A DNA stretch of 64,000 nucleotides from a virus, in IMG/VR virus record IMGVR_UViG_3300032291_002681, positions 27,071 through 91,070 of that record, one strand, 5' to 3'. This document shows, piece after piece, positions 46,626 through 56,888 of the stretch. The translations under genes and the position numbers were made by a program. Position 1 is the first letter of the stretch. Each line of letters opens with the position of its first letter. The notes beneath the pieces were generated by a model that saw only the letters and a program-made list of their open reading frames with translations, did not search any database and was not told where the DNA came from.

Positions 46626-48803
46626 ATGGCATTAACTAAACGTCTAACAAAAGGGTCTCCACTTACCGCCGGGGAGATGGATAATAATTTAGATTATCTG
46701 GAAAGCTTATTAGAAGCTGGTACGAGTGGAACATCTGGTACATCCGGTTCAAGTGGCACATCCGGAACATCCGGTTCAAGTGGAACTAGTGGAACATCTG
46801 GAACGGGAACTGCAGGAACTGCGGGAAGTTCAGGTACATCTGGAACTAGTGGAACTAGTGGAACATCTGGAACAAGCGGTACATCTGGTACATCTGGTAC
46901 ATCTGGAATTAAAGGTGATTTATTTCAATCAACATCATCAAACTCTTTAAATTTAACTACACTTACTGATAGTGATACTATTTCAATTACAATAGGAACT
47001 GGGTTGTCTTGGACACCTGGTCAACAAATGATAGTAGCTAATACTGCAACTAATAAATTAGATGTTACTGTATTAACATATAATTCGGCAAACGGACTTC
47101 TCACAGCTGATATTGATACTGGTGGTGTGAGTGGTAGTGGTACATATACTTCTTGGAGTATAAATACAAAAGGTGCTACGGGACAGGCTGGTACATCTGG
47201 TTCTTCTGGCACATCTGGAATTAATGGAACATCTGGAAGTGGCGGTACATCTGGAATCGATAGTACATCTGGAAGCGGAGGAACTTCTGGTACATCAGGA
47301 ACTTCTGGTACATCAGGAACTTCTGGAACTTCTGGTACATCAGGAACTTCTGGAACATCGGGCACATCAGGAACTTCTGGTACATCAGGAACAAATGCAA
47401 CTGCAGGAACTTCCGGTACATCGGGAACAAGTGGAACTTCCGGTACATCGGGAACAAGTGGTGCAGGTACATCTGGTACATCCGGAACTTCTGGAACATC
47501 TGGTACATCCGGAACTTCTGGAACAAGTGGGTCTGGAACTTCTGGTACATCTGGAACAAGTGGTGCAGGTGCAACTATAACTGGAAATACACCTAATGGA
47601 GTAATAACATATAATGCAGCGCCTGTTGGGTTTAATGTAGAAAGTAATCTTCAATTTGATGGGGGTTTATTATTAGTAGAGGGTGATATATCGGCATCTG
47701 GTACATTTACCGCTTCATTATCAAGTGGATATACTTGGGTTGGTGGTGCTGGTAATAGAGCTAGATTGGTAGCAACCTCATCGTTTGGTGGTGGAACTGC
47801 AACTACCGATGGTATATTTAAAACAACTGGTTCAGTTGTAGCAACAACAAACGCTGTACAAATTACTGGCTCATTGGATATAGATGGACCTATGACCGCA
47901 TCTTTAAGACAAGGATATGTTTGGGTTGGTGGAAATACGAGTAAAAATAATTTACAAGTAGCAACATCATCATTGGGTAGTGCATTAACATTACAGGATG
48001 GAATACCAACAATAGTTCCTTCTGTAAATAGAATAGTATTTAGTGGTGCAACCGTTACCAATAATAGTGGTGGCCAAGTTACTGTTACAATTACAGGTGG
48101 AGGCGGAGGTGGTACATCTGGAACTTCTGGTGTTAATGGATTAAATGGAGTTGCCGGTACAAATGGAACATCGGGAGTAAATGGTTCATCGGGGTTTGGT
48201 TCTAATGGTACTAGTGGTTCAAGTGGAGTATCTGGTACAAATGGACCGGCTGGTACATCTGGTACAAGTGGAGTAGATGGTATTGGTACTAACGGTACAT
48301 CTGGTACATCTGGTGTTGGTACAAATGGAGTTAATGGTTCTGCCGGTACTGATGGAACTTCCGGAACATCTGGTACATCCGGTGGTACTGGTAGTAATGG
48401 TGTTAATGGAACATCCGGTACATCGGGAACAAACGGAAGTTCTGGTATAACCGGAGGTGGTGGTACAGCAGGTACATCTGGTACATCTGGAACGTCTGGT
48501 ACAACTGGATTATTATCATTAAGTGGTACAGCTAATAATGGAGTTATTACTTATGATGGTGTAGTTACAACTGGAGTTGTTGAATCTGCGCTTACATTTG
48601 ATTCAACCACTCGTACGTTGGAATTAAGTGGTTCGGCAGATATATATGCAGCAGCTAGAATAAGAGGTACACTATGGGCAGGTAATACTGCACCAGCAAC
48701 TATAACTGCAGCAATTGGAACATTGGTAGTATCACAATCATTGGGTGGTGATAGAGGTGACTTGATGTATTATAATGGCGCATCTTGGGTTAAAATAGCA
48801 TAA
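46626..48803 (+). CDS. Gly-X-Y (GTS) repeat fibre protein, collagen-like
   Basis: N-terminal KGSPLT..EMD.N anchor-like motif. Three blocks of (G-T-S)n / G-X-N triplets separated by beta-rich domains. Upstream ATATTTAT. Confidence 0.75.
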   Translation: MALTKRLTKGSPLTAGEMDNNLDYLESLLEAGTSGTSGTSGSSGTSGTSGSSGTSGTSGTGTAGTAGSSGTSGTSGTSGTSGTSGTSGTSGTSGIKGDLFQSTSSNSLNLTTLTDSDTISITIGTGLSWTPGQQMIVANTATNKLDVTVLTYNSANGLLTADIDTGGVSGSGTYTSWSINTKGATGQAGTSGSSGTSGINGTSGSGGTSGIDSTSGSGGTSGTSGTSGTSGTSGTSGTSGTSGTSGTSGTSGTSGTNATAGTSGTSGTSGTSGTSGTSGAGTSGTSGTSGTSGTSGTSGTSGSGTSGTSGTSGAGATITGNTPNGVITYNAAPVGFNVESNLQFDGGLLLVEGDISASGTFTASLSSGYTWVGGAGNRARLVATSSFGGGTATTDGIFKTTGSVVATTNAVQITGSLDIDGPMTASLRQGYVWVGGNTSKNNLQVATSSLGSALTLQDGIPTIVPSVNRIVFSGATVTNNSGGQVTVTITGGGGGGTSGTSGVNGLNGVAGTNGTSGVNGSSGFGSNGTSGSSGVSGTNGPAGTSGTSGVDGIGTNGTSGTSGVGTNGVNGSAGTDGTSGTSGTSGGTGSNGVNGTSGTSGTNGSSGITGGGGTAGTSGTSGTSGTTGLLSLSGTANNGVITYDGVVTTGVVESALTFDSTTRTLELSGSADIYAAARIRGTLWAGNTAPATITAAIGTLVVSQSLGGDRGDLMYYNGASWVKIA
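46716..48510 (+). repeat. Three blocks of 9-nt coding repeats (GGW ACW TCH/AGT = Gly-Thr-Ser)
   Basis: Blocks at about 46716-46910, 47180-47570 and 48100-48510, with synonymous variation. Confidence 0.92.
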
Positions 48804-48821
48804 TATAAAATAAAATAAATT

Positions 48822-48857
48822 AAATGGGTAATTCTTAAAAAAGTTACCCATTTTTTT
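48822..48857 (+). terminator. Rho-independent terminator
   Basis: AAATGGGTAA-N12-TTACCCATTT plus T run. Confidence 0.8.
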
Positions 48858-48911
48858 ATGCTTTACTCAAAAACTTTATATTTATATATACAAATATATT
48901 ACTGAAATAGA

Positions 48912-48943
48912 TTTGGTAATGTAAGAAAAAAATGTTATATTTG
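48912..48943 (+). promoter_or_regulatory. Bacteroidota-type promoter for the glycosylation operon
   Basis: TTTG-N20-TATATTTG, with the ATG 5 nt downstream. Confidence 0.75.
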
Positions 48944-48948
48944 TATCT

Positions 48949-49578
48949 ATGATAAATGTTACTTACGCAATTACGGTTTGCAACGAATTAATTGAAATTA
49001 CAAACCTTATAAATTTCCTACATCCTAGGCTAAAAAAAGATGATGAAATATTAGTACAATATGATTCAGATTCTGTTACATCTCAAGTAAAAGATTATTT
49101 AACTATATTAACTCAACTTCATTCGAATGTTAGAGTTATGGGATTTCCTCTTAATAAGGATTTTGCATCTTATAAGAATAATTTGAAAAACCATGCAAAT
49201 GGTATGTTCATCTTTCAGATAGATGCTGATGAAATGCCATCTGAATACTTAGTAGAAAATTTACAATATTTTTTAGAATCGAACAAAGAAGTAGACCTTT
49301 TCTTTGTACCAAGAATTAATACGGTAGAAGGATTGACGCCAGACCATATTAAAAAATGGGGATGGAAAGTGGATGAAAAAGGATGGGTAAACTTTCCAGA
49401 TTATCAAACCCGTATCTATCGTAGGACATCTGAAATAGAATGGCAAGGTAATGTACATGAAAGAATTGTAGGATACAACACACTTTCAGTATTACCACAA
49501 GAAGAAGAATATTGTTTATATCATCATAAGCAGATTGAAAGACAAGAAAAACAAAACGCTTTATATGATACAATCTAA
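48949..49578 (+). CDS. Glycosyltransferase family 2
   Basis: ITVCNE, IDADE (DxD), VHE. Confidence 0.85.
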   Translation: MINVTYAITVCNELIEITNLINFLHPRLKKDDEILVQYDSDSVTSQVKDYLTILTQLHSNVRVMGFPLNKDFASYKNNLKNHANGMFIFQIDADEMPSEYLVENLQYFLESNKEVDLFFVPRINTVEGLTPDHIKKWGWKVDEKGWVNFPDYQTRIYRRTSEIEWQGNVHERIVGYNTLSVLPQEEEYCLYHHKQIERQEKQNALYDTI

Positions 49579-50572
49579 GATAGCTTTCCTTACCGAAATG
49601 GGATTTGTTGGTAAGATTCCAGCTAATCATCCAAATATGAGAACGGAGTTTGCTTGGATGCATGCTTTAGATGCTGACCATTATAATCTCCATCTATTTG
49701 GTTCTGATAAAAATTTGACAGGTTATGACCATGTCTTCATCATATTTCCGAAAGGTAAAACATTTTTAAGTTCGGAAGGTAGTACATTGGTAAGAGGTAC
49801 TAATCCAGTTTCAGAATTATTGAGGCAAGATATAGTTGAAAGGATTAAAGCAAAAGGTAATGGTTCAGTTCACTATGTTCAAGAAGGACCTCATTGGTGG
49901 TATAACGATTATGAAATAGCAGACCAAATTTACTTCTTTAATTTCTTACAATCTTGCGATTCAATCTTTACTCACAATGATTCGGATGTGATGTATTATA
50001 AAGGATTATTTCCAAACAAACCCATAAGACCTATTGGTACACTAATGATTGATACTCTAATCAAAGATATAGTACCTACAAAAGAAGATAAAGCAATTAT
50101 AGGTGGTAACTTCGCAAGATGGTATGGTGGATTTGAAAGTTACATCATAGCTAATAATTTTGAAGTACCTATTTGGGCACAAACATCACACGCTATGAGA
50201 ATTGGTGAAGATAATATGGATAACCTAACTCACTTACCCCGTATGATGTGGGGAGAATGGATGCAGAATTTATCAACATTTAAATACGGTGTTCACATGA
50301 TGCCAACGGTAGCAGCTGGTACATTTGCTCTTAATTGTGCATACTTTGGAATTCCTTGTATCGGAAATATGGACGTGGATACCCAAATGTTATGTCACCC
50401 ACATACATCAGTATTGGTTAATGATTTAGAGAGTGCTAGAGAGTTAGCAATTATGTTAAGAGAAGATAAAGAGTTTTACGATAAATGTTCCAATACAGCA
50501 AAGCAGAGATACGAAGAATGTTACTCACAAAGAGTTTGGACAGAAAATATTAAAGAAGCATTAGATATATGA
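49565..50572 (+). CDS. Putative glycosyltransferase (GT-B-like)
   Basis: C-terminal AAGTFALNCAYFGIPCIG resembles the GT-B nucleotide-binding helix; operon context. Confidence 0.55.
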   Translation: MIQSKIAFLTEMGFVGKIPANHPNMRTEFAWMHALDADHYNLHLFGSDKNLTGYDHVFIIFPKGKTFLSSEGSTLVRGTNPVSELLRQDIVERIKAKGNGSVHYVQEGPHWWYNDYEIADQIYFFNFLQSCDSIFTHNDSDVMYYKGLFPNKPIRPIGTLMIDTLIKDIVPTKEDKAIIGGNFARWYGGFESYIIANNFEVPIWAQTSHAMRIGEDNMDNLTHLPRMMWGEWMQNLSTFKYGVHMMPTVAAGTFALNCAYFGIPCIGNMDVDTQMLCHPHTSVLVNDLESARELAIMLREDKEFYDKCSNTAKQRYEECYSQRVWTENIKEALDI

Positions 50573-51339
50573 TAACAGTTATTTTAAATGGTTACAAAAG
50601 AGGGGAGAATCTAAATGAACAAATAGAAGCTCTCAAAAATCAAACATTACCGCCGGATGAGATATTAGTATGGTACAATAATCCCGGCGATAATGATTTG
50701 ATTAATTATGATATTGGTACGGAAGTTCCTGTTGCATATTGTAATTACAACTTCGGAGTGTGGGCAAGATTTTACTTTGCTATGAACGCTAGAAATCCTT
50801 ATGTATGTGTATTTGACGATGATACAATTCCTGGTAAAAAATGGTTAGAGAATTGTATGAACACAATGAAAGAGAAAGAAGGATTGCTGGGAACGGTAGG
50901 ATTACTTTATCTAAATCCATTACCACCACAACATTCATCATACTATGAACATTACTTAAGATTTGGATGGCCTGATTTGGGTAATAATGATAGGACTGTA
51001 GAAGTTGATTTAGTAGGACATAGTTGGTTCTTTAAGAGAGAGTGGTTACCTATTATGGTTAGAGAATTACCAGACCCTAAATATAATACCTGTGGTGAAG
51101 ATATGCACTTCTCCTATATGCTACAAAAGTATGCTGGAATTAAAACGTATGTACCACCACACCCTCGTTCTGATATAGAAATGTGGGGAAGTACTAAAGG
51201 TGCAACTTATGGTGGTGATGCTAACTCACTTTGGGAATCGAACCAAAGAAGTGTAGATGGTACTCCATTCAAGCAATTGATGAATCAGTATTTTAACGAA
51301 CAAAGACAAAAAGGTTGGAAATTAGTAAATGAAAAATAA
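50569..51339 (+). CDS. Glycosyltransferase family 2-like
   Basis: ITVILNGYKR, FDDD, GED. Confidence 0.8.
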   Translation: MITVILNGYKRGENLNEQIEALKNQTLPPDEILVWYNNPGDNDLINYDIGTEVPVAYCNYNFGVWARFYFAMNARNPYVCVFDDDTIPGKKWLENCMNTMKEKEGLLGTVGLLYLNPLPPQHSSYYEHYLRFGWPDLGNNDRTVEVDLVGHSWFFKREWLPIMVRELPDPKYNTCGEDMHFSYMLQKYAGIKTYVPPHPRSDIEMWGSTKGATYGGDANSLWESNQRSVDGTPFKQLMNQYFNEQRQKGWKLVNEK

Positions 51340-52333
51340 ACCACTATTAATATGTTTCGGAACTAGACCTGAATGGTTAAAAGTAAAACCTCTTATCGAT
51401 ATAATGGATGAGAAGGAGTACCGATTATTATTTACAGGTCAGCATGAAGACCTATTAAATGATATTTCAGTAAATTATAAAATTCCAATTGCACAATCAC
51501 TTAGATGTGGTAGGTTAGATAATGTTATAGCATCTTGTATATCAGAATTCCCACCATATAAATTTAGTGGTGTATTGGTACAAGGTGATACAGCATCCGC
51601 ATTTGGATGTGCATTAGCAGCTTATCATAGAGATATTCCAATTTATTATATGGAAGCTGGGTTACGGAGCTACGATTTGGAAAACCCATATCCTGAAGAA
51701 GGTTATAGACAGATGATAGCTCGTTTAGCAGATGTGAATTTTGCACCAACACAACTATCAGCTGATAACTTAATTGCGGAAAGAGTAAAAGGTATTGTTC
51801 ATATAGTTGGAAACACTGTATTGGATAATCTTACCAAATATGAGAAGGGTATTTATGGTGATACTATTTTAGTAACAATGCATCGTAGAGAAAATCATCA
51901 TTGGTTAGACGAGTGGTTCAGAGAGATAAATGCGTTAGCAATAAGGTATCCAAATTTAAAATTCGTATTACCTATCCACCCGAATCCAAACGTTCAGAAA
52001 TGTAAGCATTTACTACATAATGTGGATGTTATAGAACCATTAACACACGATGAAACAATTAAACTTCTTAGAGATTGTAAATTGGTTATAACTGATAGTG
52101 GTGGATTGCAAGAAGAAGGTTCTTTTTTTAATAAGAAAGTAATAGTATGTAGAAAAACAACCGAAAGACCTGAAGGTATCGAAACTGGTCATCTTTATAT
52201 GTGTGAAGACCCAAAGAAACTGGCTGAATTATTTGGTGAATTAGAAAATAATTCGTATATTTGTAAACCTTGTCCTTATGGAGATGGTAGAGCAGCTGAA
52301 AAGATTAAAAAGATATTAGATGAAGAACTTTAG
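51329..52333 (+). CDS. wecB: UDP-N-acetylglucosamine 2-epimerase (non-hydrolysing)
   Basis: FGTRPE..K, TGQH, VQGDT, EAGLRS, PEE, HRREN, TDSGGLQEE, TERPEG, PYGDG. Confidence 0.95.
   Translation: MKNKPLLICFGTRPEWLKVKPLIDIMDEKEYRLLFTGQHEDLLNDISVNYKIPIAQSLRCGRLDNVIASCISEFPPYKFSGVLVQGDTASAFGCALAAYHRDIPIYYMEAGLRSYDLENPYPEEGYRQMIARLADVNFAPTQLSADNLIAERVKGIVHIVGNTVLDNLTKYEKGIYGDTILVTMHRRENHHWLDEWFREINALAIRYPNLKFVLPIHPNPNVQKCKHLLHNVDVIEPLTHDETIKLLRDCKLVITDSGGLQEEGSFFNKKVIVCRKTTERPEGIETGHLYMCEDPKKLAELFGELENNSYICKPCPYGDGRAAEKIKKILDEEL
52232..52263 (+). promoter_or_regulatory. Internal Bacteroidota-type promoter within the wecB 3' end
   Basis: TTTG-N20-TATATTTG. Confidence 0.6.
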
Positions 52334-53093
52334 AGAACATTTTATTAAGTTCACCGAAATGATTAGAAACGATGAGCATTTCGGATTTGCTCGTTATTCC
52401 GATGGTGAACTTTATATACTTCAAAATAAAGAATTGGTATTAGATAAAGGACTAATTCAGATTGGTGATAAAAAAGAAGGTGGAGTTTATCAACCTGCCG
52501 ATTTCAAACACTATGACCCTAAACAACATGGTGAATCGTATAACAGATTAATTGAAGCGTACAAACATAGACAGCCAAATTATTACAAAGGTATTAGTTG
52601 TAGTTGTTGTGTAGGTAAAGAAGCATTTGATTTTCAGATAGATTTACATGGTGGTGATGATGAGAGTTTGACATGGGCAAACTTATGGGTAAATGGAAAC
52701 TATCCACAATTTGTATTCCAAACATTACCTATTTTATATAGTAAAGATTGTGTATTTGTTGGGCACGAAAGTGCAGATACATCAAAACTACCATTCATTA
52801 AAAAAGATTTTAGAGTAGGATATAACGCATTTGTAAACGATTATGATAAAATTGAAATTATTAGACAATGGATTAAAGAGAATAACATCACAAATCATGT
52901 ATTCTTATTTTCAGCTTCAACATTCACCAACTTGGCAGTATATGAATTATTCAGAGATTTTCCCAATAATTCCTATATTGATATTGGAACGTGTCTTACT
53001 CCGATGATGAACATGCCAACTCATAGAGGATACTTAGAGGCATTTTGGGGTTATAGAGGTGGACAGGACATTCAAAAAATATGTATATGGTAA
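52320..53093 (+). CDS. Putative GT-D fold (DUF1792-like) glycosyltransferase
   Basis: FARYSDGE (RFGDGE-like) and a C-terminal IDIG motif. Confidence 0.6.
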   Translation: MKNFREHFIKFTEMIRNDEHFGFARYSDGELYILQNKELVLDKGLIQIGDKKEGGVYQPADFKHYDPKQHGESYNRLIEAYKHRQPNYYKGISCSCCVGKEAFDFQIDLHGGDDESLTWANLWVNGNYPQFVFQTLPILYSKDCVFVGHESADTSKLPFIKKDFRVGYNAFVNDYDKIEIIRQWIKENNITNHVFLFSASTFTNLAVYELFRDFPNNSYIDIGTCLTPMMNMPTHRGYLEAFWGYRGGQDIQKICIW

Positions 53094-53701
53094 TAGTAGC
53101 ATGTAGTTCAGAATATTGGGAGTTTGTTAGAAAGCTTCGAATGGATGGTAGAGTAATTGATGGATTTCTCAAAACAACACCAATTACCGAAGAACAACAA
53201 ATAAAGTATATGACAGATAATTCACAACACTATCGTATTGCTTTATTAGATGGTAAGCCCGCCGGGTATGTAGGTGTGATTGAAGATGATATTAGAGTAT
53301 GTACACATCCTGATTTTTTTGGAATGGGAGTTGGTAAGTTTATGATAAAATCCGCTATGGCTATATGGCCAACTGCATACGCTAAAGTAAAGCATGGTAA
53401 TATTGCTAGTGATAAATTATTCCTTAGTTGTGGATTTGAAGTGAGTGGTAGGGATGATAATTTTACATACTATAAATTGAAAAACAAAATGGTTAGCTTA
53501 AAGAGTTCAATAACCGCAAAAGGAAAATATGTTTCTAAAATCCTACACTTTGTTGGTGGAGAAAAAAGAACTTTCAATGGAGTAGATACTGATTCAATAA
53601 AGCAAGGTCAGTTTACAAAGTTTGAAACAAAAGATGGTAGGCTTGTTATGGTAAATGATAAGAATATCCTATGTATTGAAATTATAAAAGAAAATAATTA
53701 A
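53081..53701 (+). CDS. GNAT N-acetyltransferase (PseH-like) with a C-terminal extension
   Basis: HPDFFGMGVG and N.AS..LF...GF motifs; next to a DegT aminotransferase. Confidence 0.75.
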   Translation: MYMVIVACSSEYWEFVRKLRMDGRVIDGFLKTTPITEEQQIKYMTDNSQHYRIALLDGKPAGYVGVIEDDIRVCTHPDFFGMGVGKFMIKSAMAIWPTAYAKVKHGNIASDKLFLSCGFEVSGRDDNFTYYKLKNKMVSLKSSITAKGKYVSKILHFVGGEKRTFNGVDTDSIKQGQFTKFETKDGRLVMVNDKNILCIEIIKENN

Positions 53702-53703
53702 TT

Positions 53704-54336
53704 ATGCCAATGTTACACAACCCGTACAAAGTAGTACGAATGTTCGAAGAAGAAATAGCTAATTACACTGGAGCACCTTACGCTATTTCAGTTGATAGTT
53801 GCACTAATGCACTATTCTTAATTTGTAAGTACAATGAAGTTAAAGAGGTAACCATTCCATCTAAAACTTATCTATCAGTACCGCAATCAATTATACACGC
53901 TGGGGGTGAAGTTATCTTTGATAAAAGACCTGAAACAAATCATTGGGTGGGTGCATATCAATTGAAGCCATATCCAATTTGGGATGCGGCTAAGAGATTA
54001 ACAAAAGATATGTATATGCCCGGAACATTTATGGGGCTATCATTTCATATTAAAAAGATTCTTCCAATTTGGAAAGGTGGTATGATTTTAACTGATAACG
54101 CTGAGGCAGCTGATTGGTTTAAGAAAGCTCGTTACGAAGGTAGAAGTGAGAAGTATTACAAAGATGATGATATTACATTCTTAGGATGGAATATGTATAT
54201 GACTCCACAACAAGCAGCACATGGATTGGCAATGTTCCAAAACTTAGCAATACATAATTCAGACCAAGGTGAATTAAATGGTTATAGAGATTTAACTGAA
54301 TTCACTGTTTTCAAAGATAACAAAGTAATAGAATAA
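53704..54336 (+). CDS. DegT/DnrJ/EryC1/StrS sugar aminotransferase (short)
   Basis: FEE..A.Y.G..YA..VDSCT.AL, DAA, SFH..K (PLP lysine), GGM. Confidence 0.85.
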   Translation: MPMLHNPYKVVRMFEEEIANYTGAPYAISVDSCTNALFLICKYNEVKEVTIPSKTYLSVPQSIIHAGGEVIFDKRPETNHWVGAYQLKPYPIWDAAKRLTKDMYMPGTFMGLSFHIKKILPIWKGGMILTDNAEAADWFKKARYEGRSEKYYKDDDITFLGWNMYMTPQQAAHGLAMFQNLAIHNSDQGELNGYRDLTEFTVFKDNKVIE

Positions 54337-55106
54337 TGAACATACAGGCTGACGAGATAATATTAGGTAAAAATGTTGTAATTTCACCAACAGCAACTAT
54401 TAGAGGATTGAATGGTAATGCTAAACGAGTAGTTATTGGTGATAATACATATATTGGAGATTCTGTTCAAATTATATTAGATGATTTTGAAATAGGTGAT
54501 TATTGTAAAGTTCACCATCATTGTAATTTTCACGGATACAATCCAATGAAGATAGGTCATAATGCTTGGATTGGACAAGGTACTATTATTGATAGTATTG
54601 GTGGTATGACAATTGGAAATAACTTTGGAGTAGGTGCGTATTCTCAATTGTGGTCTCATGCTAGATGGGGTGACCCATTGGCTGGATGTAATTATACCGA
54701 AATTACAAAACCAATGGTAATCGGAAACGATGTTTGGTTGGTAGGACATTGTATAGTATCACCTGTAACAATTGAAGATGGTGCTATGGCTTTGGTTGGT
54801 AGTGTTGTTACAAAGGATATGAAAGCAAATCATATTTACGGAGGAGCACCTGCAAAGGACTTAACTGATAAAATGTTACCTCAATTTACTGTAACGGCAA
54901 ATGGTGAAAAGAAAAAAATGTTAGAACAATTTGAATTACCAATTGGAATTCAATGGATTGAAGATAATTCTGAAATAGTGGATGATACAATAACTTATTT
55001 TAATATAACTGATAGAACATACACTAAAAGAGCTACCGATATTGAAATTTCATTTATGAAAAAATTACAATCTAAACTTATAAAATTTGTACCAAATGGA
55101 ATATGA
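54336..55106 (+). CDS. Hexapeptide-repeat acyltransferase
   Basis: IGxN repeats, IGNDVW, GSVVTKD, GGAPAK. Confidence 0.88.
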   Translation: MNIQADEIILGKNVVISPTATIRGLNGNAKRVVIGDNTYIGDSVQIILDDFEIGDYCKVHHHCNFHGYNPMKIGHNAWIGQGTIIDSIGGMTIGNNFGVGAYSQLWSHARWGDPLAGCNYTEITKPMVIGNDVWLVGHCIVSPVTIEDGAMALVGSVVTKDMKANHIYGGAPAKDLTDKMLPQFTVTANGEKKKMLEQFELPIGIQWIEDNSEIVDDTITYFNITDRTYTKRATDIEISFMKKLQSKLIKFVPNGI

Positions 55107-56163
55107 TGTTTTATTTGTATGTGGTACATTGGATTATGAAAATTCAGTTAGTGGAAACTATATACTTTACAAATGCTTAAAAAAAGTTGATAATTTAAAA
55201 ATAAAAGTATTACCTTTATTTACGCATACCAAACAAGAAATAGATTCGGAAGATTTTTTGGAATTTGTACAACCAAGTCCAGAAAATTTAAATTATTTGA
55301 TTAGTATTATACCAAAACATAAAGTACTATTTTTGTCTGGTAATGATTTTCCAACCTTTTTAACAAAAATGATATGTGAAAAATTCAACAGCAAATTCGT
55401 TACAATAACAATGAGCCATTGGATGTTTGGTAATAGTTCAAATTACCCAGAAATAGAAGATGATATGGATGGTGCTATTGTTTCAGATAGACGTGATTTA
55501 TGGGAATCGTTGGATTCGACCATAATAGTTGGTTCTACCAATTCATATAATGTTTTAAAAAACAGCGAACTTAAAAATATAAAATCTGAATTGATTCCGT
55601 TCCCATTTGAAGAAATTGATATTGATACTGATTATAAAAAAACTGATAGTGATAAAAAATACATACTATGGGGAACAACACAACCACAAAGAGTTAGAAA
55701 AGGTAAAGCTTATTTTGAAAATATATTAGAGTGGCTTTATAAAAAAGTAAAAAATCCAAACGATATTATAATACATCAAATAGGACCTAAATCCGATTTA
55801 GATACTAAATTTAAAGTAGAATATATTGGATATATACCAACTAGAAAAGAATTATCTAAGGTTTATAAAAACGCTAATGTATTTGCATTAACTACACTAG
55901 CTGATGCTGGGCCTATGATGGCTGTTGAATGTATTAAAAATGAAACACCATTAGTATCATTTGCAACTAATATATCAACTGATATTGTAAAAGATGGTAA
56001 GAATGGATACATTGTCGATGGAACTGAAGAATATGCGGATAAATTATATGATATACTATATAATAAAAATTTTCATATAGATTTGGATTATGTAAAGCAA
56101 TTTAATTCGGAAGATATCGTAATGAAAAAGTATAATGAATTTTTTAAAAATATATTAAAATGA
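55096..56163 (+). CDS. Glycosyltransferase (GT4-like)
   Basis: RKG, Y..ANVF, DAGPMMAVE....TP, IVKDGKNGY. Confidence 0.8.
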   Translation: MEYDVLFVCGTLDYENSVSGNYILYKCLKKVDNLKIKVLPLFTHTKQEIDSEDFLEFVQPSPENLNYLISIIPKHKVLFLSGNDFPTFLTKMICEKFNSKFVTITMSHWMFGNSSNYPEIEDDMDGAIVSDRRDLWESLDSTIIVGSTNSYNVLKNSELKNIKSELIPFPFEEIDIDTDYKKTDSDKKYILWGTTQPQRVRKGKAYFENILEWLYKKVKNPNDIIIHQIGPKSDLDTKFKVEYIGYIPTRKELSKVYKNANVFALTTLADAGPMMAVECIKNETPLVSFATNISTDIVKDGKNGYIVDGTEEYADKLYDILYNKNFHIDLDYVKQFNSEDIVMKKYNEFFKNILK

Positions 56164-56888
56164 AGATAGCACTTTGTTTGCATGGTATGTTTGATTCACC
56201 AATGGATACTACATCAAATGGTATAGATGGTAGAGAATATATTCAAAAGCACATAATGGATAAGGGTGATGTTGATGTATTCATTCATAGTTGGGATTTA
56301 GAAAAGCAAGGATTGATAGAAGCATTATACCAACCTAAAAAAGCTATATTCGAACCACAAAAAGATTTTAGTGAATTGATTAAAGAAAGGGGATTGGATA
56401 CTTTAGAAGGATGTCCTCGTTCACCACAATCAGTACTATCTCATTTATATAGTGTAACCGAAGTAATGAAATTACCACATCAGCAAACTGGCGTAACGTA
56501 TGATATAATTATCAAAGCTCGTTTTGATTTGGGTAGAATAAATCGCAATACCTCTGGACCTGGTTTGGGAAACCCATTTGCGGTTCAATGTATTAATTTC
56601 CAAACTGATATTCAAAAAGGAAAATTATATAATGCAAATTGGAATTATTTTAATATGGGCCCTGCTGATATGTGGTTCTATGGTTCACCGGATGTAATGG
56701 TTGAATTTACAACTCTATTTAATTTTTTAGATGAGCAAATGAAATTAGATTCGGAGTTTCATAAATTCGCAACTGAAATAGAAAATAATAGAGGTGACCT
56801 TTCAAATGCAATAGCATTTTACAAGTGGTGGATGATTAAAACCGATTTGTGGGATAACAGAATAAATTTAGATACAATATGGGAATAA
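56160..56888 (+). CDS. Putative glycosyltransferase-like protein
   Basis: MKIALCLHG...DVFIHSW...YDIIIKARFD...DMWFYG; paralogous pattern with 59558..60220. Confidence 0.5.
   Translation: MKIALCLHGMFDSPMDTTSNGIDGREYIQKHIMDKGDVDVFIHSWDLEKQGLIEALYQPKKAIFEPQKDFSELIKERGLDTLEGCPRSPQSVLSHLYSVTEVMKLPHQQTGVTYDIIIKARFDLGRINRNTSGPGLGNPFAVQCINFQTDIQKGKLYNANWNYFNMGPADMWFYGSPDVMVEFTTLFNFLDEQMKLDSEFHKFATEIENNRGDLSNAIAFYKWWMIKTDLWDNRINLDTIWE

Noticed and set aside
46716-48510. Tandem repeats as a CRISPR array or non-coding satellite
   Set aside because: They are 9-nt in-frame coding repeats with synonymous variation and no unique spacers.
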